DNA of 32,000 bases from Halalkalibacterium halodurans (GTDB lineage: Bacteria > Bacillota > Bacilli > Bacillales > Bacillaceae_D): the NCBI RefSeq assembly GCF_004376175.1, contig NZ_SNUY01000015.1:1-32000 (forward strand). Reading direction: 5' to 3'. Below are positions 26,399 through 32,000 of this stretch, in pieces. Position 1 is the stretch's first letter, and the number at the start of each line of letters is the position of its first letter. Made by a program: the position numbers and the translations under genes. The notes beneath the pieces were generated by a model that did no database searches, had not been told where the DNA came from, and worked only from the letters and a program-made list of their open reading frames with translations.

Positions 26399-26647
26399 TT
26401 ATGAATGTAGTAAACGCTTTTTGGCAACCAATCTTGTCGTGAAATAAGCAGCCCCTAGCGCTAGTAAAGCAAGGACGACTGGAGGAATCAGACTTGCTTC
26501 TCCAAATACAACCTCTGATTGTAATGATGTGCCCCCTTCAAGCAGAAAGCTCGGTGTATAGAGCATTGTCATGATGAGACCGGCAGCTAGTTGCAAAGCA
26601 ACAAATGCAACAACAAAAACGCCAACAAACCATAGGTATTTTTTCAA
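26399..26647 (-). CDS. Small two-TM membrane protein (82 aa), unknown function
   Basis: The TTG start is 6 nt after GAAGGGA. It has two hydrophobic helices (YLWFVGVFVVAFVALQLAAGLIMTML; LIPPVVLALLALGAAYFTT). I recognised no family. Confidence 0.45.
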   Translation of the reverse strand: MKKYLWFVGVFVVAFVALQLAAGLIMTMLYTPSFLLEGGTSLQSEVVFGEASLIPPVVLALLALGAAYFTTRLVAKKRLLHS

Positions 26648-26868
26648 AACAAATCCCTTCTTTCGTTATAGAGTTGATCATATACCCTATCTACGATCTC
26701 CGCCTTCTTTCGTTTCAAACTTCGTTTATATTTACCATCATTCGTATGCTTGTGAATCATTGCACCCACAACTCTTAAAAAACAACAAAATAAGTAACCC
26801 ACCCTAGCTTAGCTGTCAAGTAGTAGTGGATTACTTTCTCCAAGAGTTATTACTTCAATAAATCAACA

Positions 26869-26884
26869 GGAGGCAACTGCCTCC
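26869..26884 (-). terminator. Short GC-rich hairpin after the heptad-repeat protein gene
   Basis: GGAGGCA-AC-TGCCTCC lies 19 nt after the stop at 26903. It is followed on the minus strand by the T-rich TGTTGATTTATT. Confidence 0.4.
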
Positions 26885-26902
26885 CTTTCTCATGCCCTTA
26901 CT

Positions 26903-28702
26903 TTAGGAAAATAGATGTTTGAGCCGTTGCCAAAAACCTGGTTTCTCTTCTTCCTCTTCTACCGTTGTTTCTCCTTCTTCCACTTCAATCGGCTCGGTTT
27001 TAAGAATGAACTGAACCGAGTGAATGTTTTCGTTTTTTGCTGAAACAAAGGACACGGCTTCAAAATCAGATTTATCATAGTCGTCGATCATAGCATCGAT
27101 CTCTTCTTGCATTTGCTCTGGTAAATCGTTCGTCTCATTCGTTAATTCTTTCGTTCCTTTGTGAAGCTCGTCAACACCCGTTTCTAAATGAGACGTCCCT
27201 TCGGCAATGCCATCAAGACCGGAATGAATCTCGCTGTAGGAATCTGCGAGTTGGGAAATTCCGTCCGTATACGAAATGAGCCCTCCATGAAACTCCCCGT
27301 AATTCGCGGCAAGTTGTGCCACTCCCTCTTGTAGTTCACTCAAGGAATCAAGTCCCTCCATCGTTTCTAACGAGGCTGAGAGCTCACTCGCAAGCGATGC
27401 CAAGTGGTTGCTCATGTCATGAACAGAGCTGCTTGTTTGTTCAAGGGTTGCTTCTACAGCCGCAAAGGCTTCTTTTACTGCATCGTATGTTCCTTTTGCC
27501 GTCTGGGCAGCTACATAAACTTCAAGCAATTGATCGACCGTTTGCCGGTTGGCATCACTCTTATATAATTGCTGAACCTCGGTTTCTGTTATCTGATGGT
27601 TAGGGATTTCATCCATAGCCTCGTCCAAAGCAGCGTACGCTTTCGCATAATTGACTTTTAATTGACTTAATCCATCGGCAACCTCACGAAGACCGTCGGC
27701 TAATTGCGATAAGCCTTCTGGCAATTGAGCTAGCTCACTAAGGTCCATCTCTGCGGATGAACCGCTAAGAGCCTTCTCTAGAGCGATAAGAGATTCTTCA
27801 ATCGTTTCCGACGCTTGAATTAATTCAGAAGAAGAATGCTTTACTTCGCTCATCCCCGCTTCGTATTTACTAGAGCCCTCACGCAGGCGATGAACGCCTT
27901 GATTTAAATCAGAGACTCCTTTATTTAATTCTGAAACACCATCGTTCATTTCTGCAATCGCATCGCTTAATGTCCGCATGTCCTTCGTCATCTCATCTAT
28001 TTCTGGTGCATCAATAGCCATTGACAATGGAATAGCGGAAATGTCTATGCCCTCCATTTCAAAATCAACTACATCTGCTAGGAGACTAAATTCCCCGTCA
28101 CTCTCAGGCATAACATTAAACGCGATTTGTCTTTTTCTCCCTACGTTTATAATCGTCGCATCGGGGGCTTGAATATGGCTAGCAACCTCCGTATCTAACG
28201 TCATCATGATTTGCAATACATAGTTTTCATAGAATACTGGGTCGACCGTCTCATTGGCTGATGTTTTGATCGTGAGAAGTAACCGTCCATCCTTTCCTGC
28301 TAATGACTCTGGAGCGACTTTTTTCCCATCTAACCGATAAGAGATATCAATATCCCATGGTAGTTTTTGATCCTTCATATTTCCTTGGTAATAAAACGTA
28401 CCTGATGAAACGTGTAATTCTACCTTATCCTCTGACTGCTCAATATCAGAGAGGTCTGTAAGATTTTTAACCGTTGTATATGGACCATAATCTATGATAG
28501 AGCCAGGTGTTGTCACCTCTAATATGTTCACTACATATATTTCGTTCAACGTTCCAGCAGCCTTTAAGCTGGCGTATACGACCTCATCCTTCGTCGTGAT
28601 GTTCCCCTCATTTGTAGCATGATTCGTTGCCGCTAACCCTCTATTCGCAGGCATAACAAGCAGCACCGTGATTAAAACGAGAAGTATTCTCTTTGTCTTC
28701 AT
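26903..28702 (-). CDS. Exported YhgE/Pip-like protein with three blocks of G-x-x-x-L-x-x heptad repeats and an acidic C-terminal tail
   Basis: The signal peptide is MKTKRILLVLITVLLVMPANRGLAA. The heptad blocks are DGVSELN-KGVSDLN-QGVHRLR-EGSSKYE-AGMSEVK, EGLSQLA-DGLREVA-DGLSQLK, and DGISQLA-DSYSEIH-SGLDGIA-EGTSHLE-TGVDELH-KGTKELT. There is no C-terminal TM segment. ATG 28702 overlaps the stop of the upstream MMPL gene (ATGA) and follows GGGAGGA. Confidence 0.75.
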   Translation of the reverse strand: MKTKRILLVLITVLLVMPANRGLAATNHATNEGNITTKDEVVYASLKAAGTLNEIYVVNILEVTTPGSIIDYGPYTTVKNLTDLSDIEQSEDKVELHVSSGTFYYQGNMKDQKLPWDIDISYRLDGKKVAPESLAGKDGRLLLTIKTSANETVDPVFYENYVLQIMMTLDTEVASHIQAPDATIINVGRKRQIAFNVMPESDGEFSLLADVVDFEMEGIDISAIPLSMAIDAPEIDEMTKDMRTLSDAIAEMNDGVSELNKGVSDLNQGVHRLREGSSKYEAGMSEVKHSSSELIQASETIEESLIALEKALSGSSAEMDLSELAQLPEGLSQLADGLREVADGLSQLKVNYAKAYAALDEAMDEIPNHQITETEVQQLYKSDANRQTVDQLLEVYVAAQTAKGTYDAVKEAFAAVEATLEQTSSSVHDMSNHLASLASELSASLETMEGLDSLSELQEGVAQLAANYGEFHGGLISYTDGISQLADSYSEIHSGLDGIAEGTSHLETGVDELHKGTKELTNETNDLPEQMQEEIDAMIDDYDKSDFEAVSFVSAKNENIHSVQFILKTEPIEVEEGETTVEEEEEKPGFWQRLKHLFS

Positions 28703-30762
28703 GAATGATCCTCCCGATAAAAATTTGCTTTCCATGTCGTTTTACGTATCGCCTTATCAAACACAAGTAGCATCGCAGGTAAGAAAAAGATTACTAGAAT
28801 AAAAGCAAGTAAAGCCCCTCGGCCAAGCAACAATCCGATCGATGAGACAACAGGGTTTGAAGACGTGAGCCATAAGATAAAACCAACACTTGATAAAATA
28901 GCGGCTGAGATCGAGATTGAAAATGTTTTTTCGGTTAACGTCTTTGTGATCGCTTGTCGTCTCGGCATTTTTCTTCGATTGACGAGATAGCCTTCCGTGT
29001 AGAGAATCGCATAATCAACTGTTGCCGCGAGCTGTACGGTACCGACAATTAAATAGCCTAAGTAAACTAAAGGCGCATCTGTAAAATAAGGCACCGCCAA
29101 GTTTAGCCATACAGCTGATTGAATCGTTAGCAATAAAATGACCGGAATCGAAATCGAGCGGAACGTCAACAGCAAGACGATCGCTATGGCCACAACCGTC
29201 AACAGATTCACAACCCTATTGTCTTTCATAATTGTTGTTTTCATATCATACAAGGAGACACTTTCACCTAGTGACAGGGCGTCATCCCCATAATACGACG
29301 CGGCTATTTCCTGCACCATTTCAACGACTGAGAAAGCCACCTCCCCTTCTACATCGGTTTCCGTATAAAGGATGATCTGACTGTAATGTTCAGAATAGAA
29401 CTGCTCGGTGACCGATTCATCAATATACTCGGATGGAATCGTAGCACTGACTGATTGGTTATAGGAAATTACATTTGTGATGTAGTCTACTTTTTCTAAT
29501 TCTTGCTCCATCTCCACTTCTCTGGCCACATCCCCTTTTGGAACGAGAAGGACGATCGGGGTTGATTTCCCGAATACCTCTTCAATCGTCGCCGTATCAC
29601 TACCTGCACGACTGGACTCCGGTAGTTCCCCGATTCCATAAATAAACGACGTTTGGCCTTGTGCTAGATAGCTAGGAACAATGAGAAGAAAAACAACAGC
29701 TAAACTGATAAATCGTATCTTCATGACCTCGTTCCCAATTGACTGAAAGCGAGGAAAGAACGGTCTATGCTGCGTTTTATCAATCCATTTATAAAAACAT
29801 ATAGTTAAGGCTGGTAAAAATACCATGACACTAATGAAGCTCAATACAATGCCTTTGACGAGATTTAACCCTAAATCTGCCCCGATTTCAAACTGCATAA
29901 ACGTCAGAGCTGTAAAGCCGAAGAACGTTGTGGCAGCACTGGCTGCGATCGCTGGAAACGATTTTCTAACGGCTATTTGCATCGCCTCTTCCGGATCTTC
30001 TGTCTGTTTCCGATAATCTGAAAACCGATGAAGGAGGAAGATGGCGTAGTCGAGGGAAACAGCTAATTGCAAAATCGGACTAACCGATTGAGTGACGAAG
30101 GACACTTCCCCAATAAAGATGTTCGTTCCTAAATTGATAAGCACAGATACACCGATCGCTGTAAGGAAAAACAATGGCTCGATCCACGACGTTGTGGAAA
30201 TGATGAGAATGATTACAATGATCGGGATTAGCAACGATGCGGCGTATATTGTTTCTTTTCCAGTCATTTGCTGCGAGACTGCCGTATTGACAGCTTCCCC
30301 TGACAAGGCATTGTCCTCACCGATTAACTCATAAATAGCATCCGTTACCGCCACTTCATCCCCTTCACGAATCGTTAACGAAAACAGTGCGCTTTCATCT
30401 TTGTAGTACGATTTGACGAGATCTTTATCCGCCATCTCGAGGGGCGTCTCCAAATCGATAACTTCATCGAGCCATATAACATCTGACACGCCATCGATCT
30501 CTTCTAGCTCTTTTTTATACAAAAGCGCTTCTTGCACGGTCACATCACGTATCATGACCCTAGCGTTAGAGACCGTACGATCAAACTCCTCTTCCAAGAC
30601 CTCAATGGCTTTCGTTGATTGTGCTTCGTCTGGTAAGTAGTCGATCATATTGTAGTTAACCGAAACAAAAAACAGTGCAATGGCACTAATGAACGTTAAA
30701 ATGGCAAACGAAAGGACGATCGTTTTTCTTTTTTTTATGATGAACGCTGCGATGTCTGTCAT
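28699..30762 (-). CDS. MMPL/RND-superfamily membrane transporter
   Basis: It has two repeats of one TM segment, an extracytoplasmic loop and five TM segments. Typical blocks are SPILQLAVSLDYAIFLLHRF and LAATVDYAILYTEGY. Start ATG 30762 (MTDIAAFIIKKRKTIVLSF...) has only a weak SD. Codons upstream of it in the tracked ORF lie in a perfect hairpin and are not coding. Confidence 0.8.
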   Translation of the reverse strand: MTDIAAFIIKKRKTIVLSFAILTFISAIALFFVSVNYNMIDYLPDEAQSTKAIEVLEEEFDRTVSNARVMIRDVTVQEALLYKKELEEIDGVSDVIWLDEVIDLETPLEMADKDLVKSYYKDESALFSLTIREGDEVAVTDAIYELIGEDNALSGEAVNTAVSQQMTGKETIYAASLLIPIIVIILIISTTSWIEPLFFLTAIGVSVLINLGTNIFIGEVSFVTQSVSPILQLAVSLDYAIFLLHRFSDYRKQTEDPEEAMQIAVRKSFPAIAASAATTFFGFTALTFMQFEIGADLGLNLVKGIVLSFISVMVFLPALTICFYKWIDKTQHRPFFPRFQSIGNEVMKIRFISLAVVFLLIVPSYLAQGQTSFIYGIGELPESSRAGSDTATIEEVFGKSTPIVLLVPKGDVAREVEMEQELEKVDYITNVISYNQSVSATIPSEYIDESVTEQFYSEHYSQIILYTETDVEGEVAFSVVEMVQEIAASYYGDDALSLGESVSLYDMKTTIMKDNRVVNLLTVVAIAIVLLLTFRSISIPVILLLTIQSAVWLNLAVPYFTDAPLVYLGYLIVGTVQLAATVDYAILYTEGYLVNRRKMPRRQAITKTLTEKTFSISISAAILSSVGFILWLTSSNPVVSSIGLLLGRGALLAFILVIFFLPAMLLVFDKAIRKTTWKANFYREDHS

Positions 30763-30798
30763 CTTTGTATGAGTAAAATTATTGTGGGCAAAATTTAA

Positions 30799-30846
30799 CC
30801 CCCTCATTTGTTGAGGGAACGTTAGAACGCTCAACAAATGAGGGGG
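30799..30846. repeat. Perfect 17-bp-arm inverted repeat (hairpin) between the MMPL gene and the IS
   Basis: The arms are CCCCCTCATTTGTTGAG (30799-30815) and CTCAACAAATGAGGGGG (30830-30846), with a 14-nt loop GGAACGTTAGAACG. On the minus strand it is followed by TTAAATTTT. Confidence 0.9.
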
Positions 30847-30892
30847 CCACCAAGCGAAAGCGCGGTAGTTAATAAGCAAATAACATGAAAAA

Positions 30893-32000
30893 GAGGGTTA
30901 CTCCTTGGTAGAATCTTAGTCAACCAAAACTAAATCACAAACAAAGGAGTAACCCCTCATGCAAAAGAATAACACAGTATATCCAAATTTAAAACAGATT
31001 GAGCAATTAGTTTGGAGGCAATTACAGGAAACCTTCTCAAAGGTCATGAAAACACTATTAGAGGACATGGACAAGCAGATTGCAGAAGAACGAGATAAAA
31101 AACGCTATCGACTCATTGATAAAAGAAAATATCATATAACTAGTCTCTTCGGAGAGATTGAATTAAATCGTAATTATTACCGTGACCGGGAGACAGGGGA
31201 ATATGTTTTTCTCCTTGATCGTTATTTAGAGTTTGAGGATGCAGGTTCTTTTAGCCCATTGATTGAGGAGGTAGCTATTGAATTAGCTGTTCAGGGACCT
31301 TCCTATCGAAAAGCAGCCAGTACGTTAGAAACCCTTTTAGGCTATCGGGTTATTAGTCATGAGGCAATCCGTCAACACTTATTACAAGTTTCGAGTATTC
31401 CAAAAAAGCGTGAGCATGTACATCAACCTGTATTATTTGTAGAGGTCGATGGTTTGTTTGTAAAACGTCAAGGTAAACGAAAAAAGGGAAAAGAAGAGAA
31501 AATAGCCGCAGTTCATCAAGGCTGGGAAGTCAATGGGAAACGAGTAAGACTGAAGAATAAACGCCATTTCGTACATGAAGGGAACCAGCCATTTTGGGAG
31601 GCGTTTGAGGACTTTCTCATCGAAAACTTTGAGTATGATCCAACCATTCATAAGTTGGTAATAAATGGAGATGGTGCAAATTGGATTACAACTTGTCGTG
31701 ACTATTTCAAAGATCGTGCATTCTTTTCGCTTGATCGTTTCCATGTGGCACGGGAGATTCGAAGTTTGTTCCGTCATCACCCACGTTATCGTCCAATTCG
31801 TAAGGCGCTTGCATCATATGATTATGAGAAATTGCTTACAGAGCTTAACAGTGCAGTCGGAACGCTAGAGGATGATGAGCAAGAGGAACGTCTAGAAGCA
31901 TTTATTCGCCAATTAGAGAAATATCCAGAAGCCTTGGGAGATTATCGTAACTGGCTTAAAGAACAGGGTATAGATACAACAGGAATGCGTCCGATGGGTA
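30893..32000 (+). mobile_element. Left part of an ISLre2-family (UPF0236) insertion sequence; the left boundary is uncertain and the right end is outside the window
   Basis: It contains the transposase ORF below and a 5' leader stem-loop. No terminal inverted repeat can be defined without the other end, so the true left end lies somewhere in about 30847-30893. Confidence 0.6.
30959..32000 (+). CDS. ISLre2-family transposase (partial, continues beyond the window)
   Basis: The frame is open for 347 codons from ATG 30959 (AAAGGAG 8 nt upstream) to the window edge: MQKNNTVYPNLKQIEQLVWRQLQETFSKVMKTLLEDMDKQIAEERDKKRYRLIDKRKYHITSLFGEIELNRNYYRDRETGEYVFLLD...VEVDGLFVKRQ...INGDGANWI...LDRFHV. This pattern is typical of UPF0236/ISLre2 transposases. 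It is not in the ORF track because it has no stop in the window. Confidence 0.8.
   Translation, partial: MQKNNTVYPNLKQIEQLVWRQLQETFSKVMKTLLEDMDKQIAEERDKKRYRLIDKRKYHITSLFGEIELNRNYYRDRETGEYVFLLDRYLEFEDAGSFSPLIEEVAIELAVQGPSYRKAASTLETLLGYRVISHEAIRQHLLQVSSIPKKREHVHQPVLFVEVDGLFVKRQGKRKKGKEEKIAAVHQGWEVNGKRVRLKNKRHFVHEGNQPFWEAFEDFLIENFEYDPTIHKLVINGDGANWITTCRDYFKDRAFFSLDRFHVAREIRSLFRHHPRYRPIRKALASYDYEKLLTELNSAVGTLEDDEQEERLEAFIRQLEKYPEALGDYRNWLKEQGIDTTGMRPMG

Noticed and set aside
30763-30879. The 39-codon N-terminal extension of the MMPL ORF
   Set aside because: It is composed largely of the perfect 17-bp-arm hairpin. The translation (MLINYRAFAWWPPHLLSVL...) is not MMPL-like, and MMPL homology begins at MTDIAAFIIKKRK.
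31433-31868. A 115-aa minus-strand ORF and a 67-aa plus-strand ORF near the right edge
   Set aside because: Both lie inside, antisense to or out of frame with the long transposase reading frame (30959->32000), which has clear family features.
1-32000. CRISPR arrays, tRNA or rRNA genes, and recognisable defence systems
   Set aside because: I saw no regularly spaced direct repeats, no cloverleaf-like conserved tRNA boxes and no rRNA-like segments. No nuclease, helicase or methylase gene clusters are present among the translated ORFs.

Overview
Low-GC Gram-positive, Bacillales-like chromosomal segment (GGAGG-type RBSs, CcpA cre boxes, Bacillus-type BirA operator). Most genes are on the minus strand. 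Left to right: (1) an N-glycan/mannoside utilisation cluster: GH125 fragment, GH38 alpha-mannosidase, YesL-family membrane protein, ROK kinase, and a secreted GH85 endo-beta-N-acetylglucosaminidase with PKD and F5/8-C modules. Two of its hydrolase genes are disrupted. (2) An orphan HisKA_3 intramembrane histidine kinase. (3) A BirA-operator-controlled bioD-bioA pair. (4) A BglG/LicT-type antiterminator and a SorC-type regulator with no obvious target genes. (5) An E3 lipoamide dehydrogenase plus a 5'-truncated E2 that abuts, head to head, a 5'-truncated BceB/FtsX permease (deletion scar). (6) A MocA/PucB-like nucleotidyltransferase and a cog0402-type amidohydrolase/deaminase. The deaminase is preceded by a purine-riboswitch-family aptamer that has a non-canonical J3/1 and is wired as an ON switch; this is the most interesting element in the window. 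(7) A CitMHS citrate transporter and a P1B-4-type metal ATPase. (8) A short S66 peptidase ORF, an EamA transporter, an AraC regulator, a PH-domain membrane protein and a small membrane protein. (9) A translationally coupled MMPL/RND-superfamily transporter and an exported YhgE/Pip-like heptad-repeat protein. (10) A perfect 17-bp-arm hairpin and the left end of an ISLre2-family insertion sequence, whose transposase ORF runs off the right edge and is therefore missing from the supplied ORF track. I recognised no rRNA, tRNA or CRISPR array. All family assignments come from reading motifs in the translations; no database search was run.
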